A stretch of DNA of 64,000 nt from Thermoproteota archaeon (GTDB lineage Archaea > Korarchaeota > Korarchaeia > Korarchaeales > Korarchaeaceae): the NCBI GenBank assembly GCA_027491415.1, contig JAOZFH010000007.1, positions 1 to 64,000 on the forward strand, given 5' to 3'. The notes under the pieces were generated by a model. It did not search any database. It saw only the letters and a program-made list of their open reading frames with translations, and was not told the DNA's origin. A program made the position numbers and the translations under genes. Shown in pieces: positions 28,713-37,659 of the stretch; the first letter of the stretch is position 1, and each line of letters starts with the position of its first letter.

Positions 28713-30677
28713 TTGAGGATCGATGAGGATGCCCCTGGAAAGAGAGTGCTCCTGATGGGAAACCACGCAGTGGCCAGGGGGGCCATAGAGGCAGGCGTTC
28801 AGCTGGTCTCCGGCTACCCCGGCACTCCCTCTTCCGAGGTCATAGAGGCGCTCAGCGAGGCCGACATAGACGCCCATGTCGAGTGGGCGACGAACGAGAA
28901 GGTTGCCTTCGACGTCGCCGTCGGCGGGGCTATAGTAGGCGCGAGATCCATGGCCACCATGAAGAACGCGGGCCTGAACTGGATCATGGACATGCTGATG
29001 ACCGTCGTGTACGGGGGAGTGAGGGGAGGGCTCGTCGTCTACGTGGCCGACGACCCCGGCGCCCACTACTCGTCCAACGAGCAGGACACCAGGATGGTCG
29101 CCATGTACGCCAAGATACCCTGCCTGGAGCCGGCGAATCAGCAGGAGGCCAAGGACCTCACCAAGATGGCCTTCGACCTCTCTGAGAGGCTCGAGCTCCC
29201 GGTGATGGTCCGCTCGCTGACCAGGATCAGCCACTCCAGCGGGGACGTCACGCTAGGCGAGATGAGGAGGGAGAGGAACAGGCTGGCCTTCGACAGGCAC
29301 TGGAAGATGCCCTACCGGTGGAACGTCTACGGTCCCCCAGGGCCCGTCGCCAAGCACAAGTGGCTATTCGAGCAGCTCCCCAAGGTGAAGGGGACCGTCG
29401 AAGAGATTGGAGAGCCGTTCAACGTCCTAGAGATCAACGACTCCGACGTGGGAGTGGTGGCCTGCGGCATTGCCTACGGCTACGTCAGGGAGGCCGTCGA
29501 GCGCCTGGGAATCGAGGTCAACCTCCTGAAGCTCGCCACCCCGTTCCCGCTGCCGGAGTCCAAGGTCAGGAGGCTGATCGAGAGCTCCAAGAAGATCCTC
29601 GTCGTCGAGGAGAACGAGCCCGTGGTCGAGCTACAGCTGAGGGACCTCGCGCAGAGGATGCACGCGGACGTCGAGATCTACGGGAGGCACGAGAACTCCC
29701 TGATAGAGCCATACGACGAGCTCTCGCACAACAGGGTCACGGCGGCGCTGGCCAGGCTGGCGGGGGTGGAGTTCAAGCCGCTTAGGCCGGCGGGGGAGGC
29801 CCTGAAGGACCTCGTGGCCCCCAGATCCTCGATGCTGTGCGCCGGATGTCCGCACCTCGGGACCTACTGGGGCCTCAAGCTGGCTCTGGCCAGGAAGGGA
29901 GGCAAGGTTCCCATCGTGAACGGCGACATAGGGTGCTACGAGCAGGGAGGGTACGGCATAGTGGCCAAGAAGGTGGAGCCCAGCTTCTCCGAGGAGTCCA
30001 GGAAGTACGTCGCCGAGGCCCCGTACGAGATGATAGACACCAACTACATCATGGGCGGCGGGTTCGGCACCTCGATAGGCGAGTTCCACGCCGGGTACAG
30101 GGACGGAAAGATAGTGGGCCTCGCGGGAGACTCCACGTTCTTCCACGCCGACCTTCCGGCGGTGGTCGAGGCCGTGGTGAACAAGGCCAAGGTGCTCCTC
30201 TTGGTGATGGACAACAGGTGGACGGCCATGACCGGCCACCAGCCCAGCCCCACCACGGGCATCACGGCCAGGCGTCAGCCCACGAACAGGCTGGACATAG
30301 AGGAGGTCGCCAGGTCCATGGGCGTCCGCTTCATCAGGAGGGCAGACCCGTGGGATCTCAAGGCCATCCAGCAGGCCATAGAGGAGGCCCTCGACTACCT
30401 GTCCAGTCCCGAGGCCGACGGCCCCGCGCTGGTGATCGCGGACAAGGTGTGCACCCTGCAGGCCATGAGGCTGAGGGAGTACAGGCCCACGAGGACCTAC
30501 GTCGTCATCCCGGACAAGTGCATAGGCTGCAGGCTCTGCGTGCAGTTCGGCTGTCCGGCGAACGCGTTCGACGTGGACACGAACAAGGCCTTCATCGACC
30601 AAGTCCTGTGCGTGGGATGCGGCATGTGCGCGCAGGTGTGTCCGACCGACGCGATAGTCCCGAAGGAGGGCTCCTGA
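28713..30677 (+). CDS. iorA: Indolepyruvate:ferredoxin oxidoreductase alpha subunit
   Basis: MGNHAVARG, GYPGTPSSE, NEKVA, SSNEQDTR, LCAGCPH, DIGCY, GDSTFFH, TAMTGHQ, C-terminal 2x[4Fe-4S]. Confidence 0.92.
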   Translation: MRIDEDAPGKRVLLMGNHAVARGAIEAGVQLVSGYPGTPSSEVIEALSEADIDAHVEWATNEKVAFDVAVGGAIVGARSMATMKNAGLNWIMDMLMTVVYGGVRGGLVVYVADDPGAHYSSNEQDTRMVAMYAKIPCLEPANQQEAKDLTKMAFDLSERLELPVMVRSLTRISHSSGDVTLGEMRRERNRLAFDRHWKMPYRWNVYGPPGPVAKHKWLFEQLPKVKGTVEEIGEPFNVLEINDSDVGVVACGIAYGYVREAVERLGIEVNLLKLATPFPLPESKVRRLIESSKKILVVEENEPVVELQLRDLAQRMHADVEIYGRHENSLIEPYDELSHNRVTAALARLAGVEFKPLRPAGEALKDLVAPRSSMLCAGCPHLGTYWGLKLALARKGGKVPIVNGDIGCYEQGGYGIVAKKVEPSFSEESRKYVAEAPYEMIDTNYIMGGGFGTSIGEFHAGYRDGKIVGLAGDSTFFHADLPAVVEAVVNKAKVLLLVMDNRWTAMTGHQPSPTTGITARRQPTNRLDIEEVARSMGVRFIRRADPWDLKAIQQAIEEALDYLSSPEADGPALVIADKVCTLQAMRLREYRPTRTYVVIPDKCIGCRLCVQFGCPANAFDVDTNKAFIDQVLCVGCGMCAQVCPTDAIVPKEGS

Positions 30678-30689
30678 GGGGGTGGTCAC

Positions 30690-31310
30690 ATGGGAGAGAG
30701 AGTGGGAGCGGGAAGGGCCGTCTTCCAGATGCTGGTCGCAGGAGTTGGCGGCCAGGGTTCCGTTCTGATATCTCACGTTATAGCCGACGCGGCCATCAGG
30801 TCGGGTTACAGGGTCAGGGTCGGGGAGAAGTTCGGCGCGGCCATGAGGGGAGGCGCCGTCTCCAGCCACATCAGGATGTTCAGGGAGGGCGACCTCGCCC
30901 CCCTGATACCGGAGGGGGAGGCGGACGCCGTCATGGCGCTGGAGCCGCTGGAGGGGCTGAGGATATCCTCGACGTACCTCAGGCCCGGCGGGGTCGTAGT
31001 CATGAACGTGGTTCCGGTGTATCCCATGGACGTCAACGCCGGGTGGGCCAGGTACCCAGACGTGGATGCCATCGTCGAGGGCCTCAAGGGGATGGGGGCC
31101 AGGGTCTACACTCTCAACGCCACAGACCTGGCCATTCAGGCGGGAACCGCGAAGGCGATGAACTCCGTGGTTCTCGGCGCCTTTTACGCGACCGGCGTTC
31201 TCCCAATCGACCGAGGCGTGCTGCTCGAGGCCCTGATGGAGGGCGTCCCTGAAGGAACTCAGGAAGTCAACAGGAGGGCCTTTGAGCTTGGGGAGCGTTC
31301 AGTCAGGTGA
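30690..31310 (+). CDS. iorB: Indolepyruvate:ferredoxin oxidoreductase beta subunit
   Basis: GVGGQG, RGGAVSSHIR, ALEPLE, NSVVLG, NRRAFELG. Confidence 0.92.
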   Translation: MGERVGAGRAVFQMLVAGVGGQGSVLISHVIADAAIRSGYRVRVGEKFGAAMRGGAVSSHIRMFREGDLAPLIPEGEADAVMALEPLEGLRISSTYLRPGGVVVMNVVPVYPMDVNAGWARYPDVDAIVEGLKGMGARVYTLNATDLAIQAGTAKAMNSVVLGAFYATGVLPIDRGVLLEALMEGVPEGTQEVNRRAFELGERSVR

Positions 31311-31427
31311 TGCCCCCAGCGGGGCGTCCTCCCCCCTTTCTGAACTTTAACTACGCCAATCTAAACTTAGGTCGGGTGGGGAAGTGCTGAAGACAGCGGC
31401 AGAGGCGTTTGATCAGATACGTCGGCT

Positions 31428-31901
31428 TTAGGCGCTCACCAACGTTCTCCTCAGCTCCTCTATGCCCTCTCCGGTGTTGGCACTCACCAGAATCACTTCG
31501 TCTGCCCCCAGCTCGGCGGCGACGCGCCGGACTTCCTCCAAGTCCACTCTCATGCCGAGGTCGACCTTGTTCCCGACCAGCAGGATCCTCGCGTCGCTGG
31601 CGCCAGACACGGTGGCCCACTCGCGCAGGGAGTACAGCGTGCTCGGACGGCTCACGTCAAACACAAGGAGGACCATGCTGGCGCCCCTCCCCATCCCCTC
31701 GATGACCGGCCTGAACCTGTCCTGCCCCGCGAAGTCAAACACCACTAGCTTCACGTTCCCTTCCCTCACCGTGAAGAACTCGACCCCGACCGTCATCCTA
31801 GTGTCCTCGGTGTACCTGCCTGTGAGCCTCTTGGCCAGGGTCGTCTTCCCAACCCCGCTGTTTCCGGCGAGGACGACCTTCTTTTTGACTATCCCGGACA
31901 T
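31428..31901 (-). CDS. Rab/Ras-like small GTPase
   Basis: G1 GNSGVGKT, G2 TVGVEF, G3 DFAGQDRF, G4 GNKVD, G5 SAN; ATG at 31901 directly after the upstream stop. Confidence 0.9.
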   Translation of the reverse strand: MSGIVKKKVVLAGNSGVGKTTLAKRLTGRYTEDTRMTVGVEFFTVREGNVKLVVFDFAGQDRFRPVIEGMGRGASMVLLVFDVSRPSTLYSLREWATVSGASDARILLVGNKVDLGMRVDLEEVRRVAAELGADEVILVSANTGEGIEELRRTLVSA

Positions 31902-31902
31902 G

Positions 31903-32955
31903 TTATTCCCTCCTGCTGGCTCTGAGAAGCACAACCCCCCTCCCCTTGATCAGCTCCCGCGAGCGATAGCCGGATAGCTTTAGAGCGTACTCGAGCTCAC
32001 CCCTCGTGGGTGGGAGCGAGCCCCCGAGGAGGGCATAGGGGATACCTATAACCTGTGAGTCCCCTTCCCGCAGGGCCTGGAGGAGAAACAGGGGAGCCTC
32101 TTCGGCTAGAACTCCATCGAGCGACTTTAAGAGGGCCTCAAAGCCGGCCCCAGCCCACTGAACCGCGTCTATGAGAACGGCAGCGTCGGCCTGTCCCTCC
32201 ACCAGACCCGGGCTCGATCGTACCTTCTGCCCAAAAGATTCTAGGTCGGACTCTACCAGCCGGAGCCTGCCGGCCTCTGGCGCCCTCAGCGTTGACACTA
32301 CGAGCCGCGCCGCCCGCAGGTCTCCGGGGGGAACACCCGCGACGATCTTGGCTCCGATGAGCCTCAGGGCGTCGACCGCCACCATCCCGATACCGGACCA
32401 GGGGAGGAGCACGGTCGCCGGTATGAGCCCCACGTCGGCCCATCTCCTTATGAGCTGAGCGTCCGTCATCCCCATCCCGAGGAGCGCGAGCGCGGACTGG
32501 AATCTAGCTACGGGGTTGTCGTACATCGCCAGCGTGGCCAACCTCCTCGTCTCGCGATCCAGCTTCGGTTGGGCTCCGGATATGAGGAGATCGGGAAGGG
32601 CCTCGAATGCAGACCTAAGGGAGCGCATGATCCGGTCCACCCAGGGAACCGTCTCTGGCGGCGGAGTGAGATCTAGAAACCTGCTAACTCTCCCGCCGAC
32701 AAGTCGGACGTATCCTCCCCTTGCCATGGCCTCTACCACGGCCTCCATTAGCTCGGGATAGGCCGAGACCTCCTTGAGCTTGGAGAGGCTAACCCCCTCC
32801 ATTCGCCTAGCGAGGCCGGACGCATAGAGGGCACGATAGCACTCGTATCCCAGGGACTTCACCAGGCTGTCGTGCCCGACCGCCAGCTCCGTCGGCTCAA
32901 TCCCCGCGTACTCGAAGGCCCTCGCCTCAACGAGCTCAGGGGCGGCCCCCGTCAT
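31903..32955 (-). CDS. Uncharacterised protein, degenerate class I methyltransferase-like fold (paralogue A)
   Basis: LAMYDNP, VLLPWSGIG, DAVQW, LLGGSLPPT shared with the upstream paralogue. Confidence 0.65.
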   Translation of the reverse strand: MTGAAPELVEARAFEYAGIEPTELAVGHDSLVKSLGYECYRALYASGLARRMEGVSLSKLKEVSAYPELMEAVVEAMARGGYVRLVGGRVSRFLDLTPPPETVPWVDRIMRSLRSAFEALPDLLISGAQPKLDRETRRLATLAMYDNPVARFQSALALLGMGMTDAQLIRRWADVGLIPATVLLPWSGIGMVAVDALRLIGAKIVAGVPPGDLRAARLVVSTLRAPEAGRLRLVESDLESFGQKVRSSPGLVEGQADAAVLIDAVQWAGAGFEALLKSLDGVLAEEAPLFLLQALREGDSQVIGIPYALLGGSLPPTRGELEYALKLSGYRSRELIKGRGVVLLRASRRE

Positions 32956-32971
32956 CAGGGACCCATACAGG

Positions 32972-33994
32972 CTACCTCACCCCCGTGGTCACCTCCAGTG
33001 CCACCGCGCTGCCCGTCCTCGATATGACCCTCCACCCCACGCCCGCCCCCCTGAGGGACCTCTCCAGTTCCTCCCAAGTGGGAAGCAGGTTACCCCCGAG
33101 CAGCCGACCCAATATAACCATTGGGAGGCTCTCACTCGATCTCAGCGTCTGAAGAATGTAGACCCGCCCCCCTGACCTCACTCCGGTCACGGCCGATCGC
33201 ACCGCGGCCTCTGGAGATGAAGACCACTGAATCGCGTTCAGGAGCAGGGCTGCTTCTGGAGGGGTCCCAGTTCCCTCCACCTGCTTCAGGCACTCCAGTC
33301 CGGCCACCTCCGGCCCGGCCGAGAAGACTGTGATCGTGCCGCCCTCGTAGACCCCCCTCGTCCTGAGCGCCAGCCTGACCACCCTCTCCAGCCCGGGTGG
33401 AGCCGCGGCCATGATCCTTACGTCGCCCAGGATGGATCTGAGTGAGAAGACGTACTCTCCGAGTCCAGACCAGGGGAGCAGGAGGGCACCGATGTCGGCC
33501 CCCAACCCGAAACCTTCCACGGCGAGCCCCGTCTCTAGGAGCGTGAGTGGGTTGTCGTACATCGCCAGCGTGTGCGCGGGGTCTTGGGAAGGTTTCATCC
33601 CCGACCTGACATCTTCCGCGAGCTGGCTGAACCTATCCTCCAGTCCGGTGAGGGCTCTCTTCAGCCACCAAATTGACAGAGTGGGCCTGTCAGGCTCAGC
33701 CTCAAAGGAGAATATATCTTCGTACGACCTCAGCACGTCAGCGTCGAGGAGTAGATCGAGGATGGCGTCCAGAAGGGCTGGGTTCCTAACCGATCGGCGT
33801 ATCCTTCGCCTGTAGCTTCCCTCTATCTCCTTAAGGAGCCCGGAGTCGGATAGAGCCGCGTAGATCCAGTATACAACGTAGCTCCTGAGTTCCCTGGAGG
33901 CCGCCCTCACCTCCCTCTTGTCCAGCCCGGCGTGTCGGAGCGCGGAGGAGTAAGTCCCCCTCCCGAACAGTCCCTGCGTGTAGAGGGCGAACAA
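32972..33994 (-). CDS. Uncharacterised protein, degenerate class I methyltransferase-like fold (paralogue B)
   Basis: LAMYDNP, LLLPWSGLG, NAIQW, VRSGGRVYILQ (LKPGG-like), LLGGNLLPT. Confidence 0.65.
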   Translation of the reverse strand: MFALYTQGLFGRGTYSSALRHAGLDKREVRAASRELRSYVVYWIYAALSDSGLLKEIEGSYRRRIRRSVRNPALLDAILDLLLDADVLRSYEDIFSFEAEPDRPTLSIWWLKRALTGLEDRFSQLAEDVRSGMKPSQDPAHTLAMYDNPLTLLETGLAVEGFGLGADIGALLLPWSGLGEYVFSLRSILGDVRIMAAAPPGLERVVRLALRTRGVYEGGTITVFSAGPEVAGLECLKQVEGTGTPPEAALLLNAIQWSSSPEAAVRSAVTGVRSGGRVYILQTLRSSESLPMVILGRLLGGNLLPTWEELERSLRGAGVGWRVISRTGSAVALEVTTGVR

Positions 33995-34009
33995 CGGGAC
34001 TCCCTCTGG

Positions 34010-34348
34010 TCAGGTCGCGGCGCGCGCCTTCCTCCTCACCACGCCGAGCTCCTCCAAGAGCATTAGGACGTCTATGTCCTCAGAGCTAGGCCTGACCCTT
34101 CCGGAGAGGAGCGCCCTCACCCTGTCCATGTCGACCCAAGAGGGCGCCAGCGGAGCCCTCTCCTGAATCAGCTCGAAACCCACCTTGGAGAAGACAGACT
34201 CAGCCACGTCCACCTCTCTCACCATGCCGCCGCTCACCCAGATGACGAGGTCGTGATCCTCCCCACACGGCAAGAAGAACCTCCCGTCTGGGTGATCAGG
34301 GGGAATCTCGTGGACCCTCCCGCACTTGGGGCACCGGACCCTGCGCAA
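34010..34348 (-). CDS. Small putative Zn-ribbon protein
   Basis: CPKC...CGEDH metal-ligand pattern; first gene of a tightly spaced operon. Confidence 0.65.
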   Translation of the reverse strand: MRRVRCPKCGRVHEIPPDHPDGRFFLPCGEDHDLVIWVSGGMVREVDVAESVFSKVGFELIQERAPLAPSWVDMDRVRALLSGRVRPSSEDIDVLMLLEELGVVRRKARAAT

Positions 34349-34420
34349 ACCGACCCCCCCGGGGCTCTTGGGGATCTCAAGAGGTCTACATAATAACGTC
34401 TCAGGGTTGCGAGTCAGCCG

Positions 34421-34966
34421 ATGAGAGGGGTCGTGGTGGCCGTCGGTTCTGAGAACCCGGTTAAGGTCGAAGCTGTGAGGAGGGCCTTCACCAGGGCATA
34501 TGGGTCAGTTGAGGTTGTCCCAGTGGCGGTGAGTTCGGGAGTCCCCCCTCAGCCGGTCAACGATGAGGGGCCTATGGGGGCCCTCAATAGGGCGCAAGGG
34601 AGCCTGCGCGAAGTCTCCAGGGCAGAATTCGGAGTCGGAATAGAGGGTGCGCTGGTCGAACTATACGGGCAGACCTTCTGCACGGGCTTCGTGGCGATCG
34701 TCCGCAGGGACGGGCTGACTGGGCTCGGCACCAGTGGGTGGTTTCAGTGCCCTGACTACGTCGTCGAGAAGATGCTCGAGGGCGTCGAGTTGGGGAAGCT
34801 GATAGACGAGAGGGTGGGTCGGATCGGAGTAAAGAGGGCCGAGGGGGCAATAGGCATATTCACGAGGGGGCTCGTCTCACGGACGGACCTCTATGAGCAC
34901 GGGGTATACATGGCATTAGCTCCTTTCTTGGCCGAGGGCCTGTGGAGCAGATCGAAGGGGCTGTGA
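34421..34966 (+). CDS. yjjX: Non-canonical purine NTP phosphatase (ITP/XTPase, YjjX family)
   Basis: VGSENPVK, SGVPPQP, GALNRA, GVGIEG, GAIGIFT, SRTDLY. Confidence 0.9.
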   Translation: MRGVVVAVGSENPVKVEAVRRAFTRAYGSVEVVPVAVSSGVPPQPVNDEGPMGALNRAQGSLREVSRAEFGVGIEGALVELYGQTFCTGFVAIVRRDGLTGLGTSGWFQCPDYVVEKMLEGVELGKLIDERVGRIGVKRAEGAIGIFTRGLVSRTDLYEHGVYMALAPFLAEGLWSRSKGL

Positions 34967-34969
34967 GCT

Positions 34970-35482
34970 TCATGGATGGGTCAGCGTCTCACGCGCCCGG
35001 AGGTGCCTCAAGGTTGCCCCCCTCCTAACATCCACCTCCAGCTCGATTGACACCTGGTCGGGCCGGATCAGCAGAAAGTCGACTGTCAGGCCGTCGGCCC
35101 CCGAGGCTCCTATCCCCTCCAGGGCGAAATTGTAGACTCCCTGAGACTCATTGACGTAGAGCCTACCGTCTAGGGGTCTCATAGTCGATAACCCGAGCCA
35201 GCTGAAACTCCCGGTGAGGTTTGTGCGGACGGCCTCAACGAGCGAGCCCTTGTGCGCCCTCACTGCGATGGTGAGTCGACCGACTCCATCCTCTTCCCCC
35301 CTAAGCCGCAGCTCGACGATCTCCTCAGTTTCGTAAGTCAGTCTGACGGCATCGCCCCCGCTGACGGGGAGGCGGTCCTCGCTGACCACCGAAGGAAATT
35401 CTTCCTTGGTTCTCGTCGAGTATAGGACGGAGACGGCCAATCCCAGTACTAGCAGCAGGTAGGCCAGCTGGTAGCGATCCAT
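34970..35482 (-). CDS. Hypothetical membrane-anchored protein
   Basis: N-terminal hydrophobic helix; beta-rich remainder; AT-rich box upstream. Confidence 0.6.
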   Translation of the reverse strand: MDRYQLAYLLLVLGLAVSVLYSTRTKEEFPSVVSEDRLPVSGGDAVRLTYETEEIVELRLRGEEDGVGRLTIAVRAHKGSLVEAVRTNLTGSFSWLGLSTMRPLDGRLYVNESQGVYNFALEGIGASGADGLTVDFLLIRPDQVSIELEVDVRRGATLRHLRARETLTHP

Positions 35483-35645
35483 GCCCGAGCGAACTGACTC
35501 CGCTGCGTTATTAACCCAACTTGGGGGGCACCCGGCCTGCTCTCAGCACCCCCCGACCCGTCCGTTTCAACAAAAGTCTTAATTAGGATCGACAGATTGC
35601 CCGTGGGGGGCAAAGACCCCTAAGACCCCCCGGCGGGGGATAGTA

Positions 35646-37484
35646 ATGGAGACGAAGACCTTAGTCGGCGTTTTCATCGTCCTCCTGATAGTGGTCGGAG
35701 GACTGGCCTACATCGCCGGCAAGAAGGCGGCGCCACCCGCGACGACGGCCCCACCCGCGACGACCGCTCCGCCAGCGACCACGGCGCCGCCCGAGACCAC
35801 GCCGCCGCCGATGGAGGTGAAGAACCCGGACAAGCTCATAGTGGCCACCATCGGTGAGCCCGAGACCCTCGACCCGGCGTGGGCGTATGACACCGCGAGC
35901 GGAGAGGTGATCTTCAACATCTACGAGACCCTCATCTTCTTCGACAGGGATAAGGTGGACCAGTTCATACCCATAATTGCCGAGCAGGTTCCGTCCGTCG
36001 AGAACGGCCTGATCAGGGACAACGGCACGACCATAGTTTTCCCGATCAGGTCGGGCATCAAGTTCCACTCCGGCAGGGAGCTCACCCCGGAGGACGTCGA
36101 GTACTCCCTCGAGCGCGTGCTCGTCATGGACAGGGACGGCGGTCCGTCCTGGATGCTCCTCGACCCGCTCCTCGGGGTCGAGACCACCAGGGACAGCGAT
36201 GGCAACCTGATCGTCACTTGGGAACAGATCGACCAGGCCGTCGAGGTCGAGGGCAACAACGTCGTGCTCCACCTGGCCAAGCCGTACCCGATCACCGTGC
36301 TCTTCCAGATCCTGTCCCAGACCTGGAGCAGCATAGTGGACAAGCAGTGCGCCATCGAGCACGGCGCCTGGCCGGGGACCCCGGAGACCTGGCAGGACTA
36401 CAACAACCCCGAGGTGCCTCCGCTCCAGGAGGCCGACTGCGGCTCCGGTCCGTTCATGCTCGACAGGTGGGAGCACGGCAAGCAGGTCGTCCTGAAGAGG
36501 TTCGACGACTACTGGAGGGGACCGGCCAACTTCAGCGAGTTCATCATCATGAAGGTCGACGAGTGGGCCACCAGGAAGCTCATGTTCCTCAAGGGCGACG
36601 TTGACATGGCCTACGTGCCCGCGCAGCACATGAAGGAGATCGAGGGCGCCGAGGGCATCAGGGTCTACAAGAACCTGCCCACGGTGTCCAACGCCGCGGT
36701 GTTCTTCACCTTCGAGGTCGATCCGAACAGCCCCTACATAGGCAGCGGCAAGCTCGACGGCAACGGCATCCCGCCCGACTTCTTCTCCGACATCAACCTC
36801 AGGAAGGCGTTCGCCTACTCCTTCGACTTCGACAGGTACATAGAGGAGGCTTGGTTCGGCGAGGCCGCGAGGACGCCTGGTCCAATCCCGCAGGGCCTGC
36901 CTGGCTACGACCCCAACCTGCCGATGTACGAGTTCAACCTGACCAAGGCCGAGGAGTACTTCAAGAAGGCCTGGGACGGCCAGGTCTGGGAGAAGGGCTT
37001 CTACTTCGAGCTGCTCTACAACGTGGGCAACGTCCAGAGGAAGACCGCCGCTGAGATGATCAAGGAGAATGTGGAGAGCCTCAACCCGAAGTTCAAGATC
37101 TACGTAAGGGGCGTCGAGTGGCCCGAATACCTCAAGGCCATGGTCAGGCGCCAGCTGCCGATGTTCATCATCGGCTGGCTCGCCGACTACCCCGACCCGT
37201 ACAACTTCGTCTTCCCGTACATGCACTCCTCCGGAACCTTCGCCGCCTGGCAGGGCTACAGCAACCCGCACGTTGACGAACTCGTCGAGGAGCTGATCAC
37301 GACCTCGGACCAGAACAGGAGGATCGAGATCTGCAGGGAACTCACCCAGATCTACTACGAGGAGGTACCCAGCTTCATCATCTACCAGCCGCTCGGCAGG
37401 CACTACGAGAGGACCTGGGTCCACGGCTGGTACTACAACCCGATCTACCCAGGAGTCTACGCCTATCCGCTCTGGAAGGGCTGA
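35646..37484 (+). CDS. Peptide ABC transporter substrate-binding protein (family 5, DppA/OppA) with N-terminal anchor
   Basis: PETLDPAWAYD, IYETL, FHSG, GSGPF, LRKAF, GWLADYPDP. Confidence 0.92.
   Translation: METKTLVGVFIVLLIVVGGLAYIAGKKAAPPATTAPPATTAPPATTAPPETTPPPMEVKNPDKLIVATIGEPETLDPAWAYDTASGEVIFNIYETLIFFDRDKVDQFIPIIAEQVPSVENGLIRDNGTTIVFPIRSGIKFHSGRELTPEDVEYSLERVLVMDRDGGPSWMLLDPLLGVETTRDSDGNLIVTWEQIDQAVEVEGNNVVLHLAKPYPITVLFQILSQTWSSIVDKQCAIEHGAWPGTPETWQDYNNPEVPPLQEADCGSGPFMLDRWEHGKQVVLKRFDDYWRGPANFSEFIIMKVDEWATRKLMFLKGDVDMAYVPAQHMKEIEGAEGIRVYKNLPTVSNAAVFFTFEVDPNSPYIGSGKLDGNGIPPDFFSDINLRKAFAYSFDFDRYIEEAWFGEAARTPGPIPQGLPGYDPNLPMYEFNLTKAEEYFKKAWDGQVWEKGFYFELLYNVGNVQRKTAAEMIKENVESLNPKFKIYVRGVEWPEYLKAMVRRQLPMFIIGWLADYPDPYNFVFPYMHSSGTFAAWQGYSNPHVDELVEELITTSDQNRRIEICRELTQIYYEEVPSFIIYQPLGRHYERTWVHGWYYNPIYPGVYAYPLWKG
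35733..35804 (+). repeat. Four imperfect 18-bp repeats encoding the PPATTA linker
   Basis: ccacccgcgacgacggcc / ccacccgcgacgaccgct / ccgccagcgaccacggcg / ccgcccgagaccacgccg. Confidence 0.85.
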
Positions 37485-37659
37485 GTCAACCCTTCCACCC
37501 TCTTTTTTGAAGCTTGGTAAAGAATCTCCGAGTTTACCAGACCTCCTGGCGTTCAAGGGACCTTCCGCCAGCCGGCTGGCCGAAAGCACCTTTTGGGAAC
37601 ACTTTTTTACCATAGCGGGGAAAGATCCCCGCCCTCGGAGATCCGTCGGGTGAACCCGA

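Noticed and set aside
29837-31252. 471-aa alternative-frame ORF spanning iorA/iorB
   Set aside because: Arg/Gly-rich off-frame translation; iorA and iorB are intact, so no frameshift fusion is needed.
35733-35804. Short tandem repeats here and at 45477-45539 as a possible CRISPR or contingency locus
   Set aside because: No spacers; in-frame Pro/Thr linkers typical of archaeal surface-anchored binding proteins.
35661-37613. 650-aa antisense ORF over dppA (similar ones at 42897..44672, 7761..9236, 5858..6823 and 14714..15889)
   Set aside because: Shadow ORFs caused by strong GC3 codon bias on the coding strand; no recognisable motifs.
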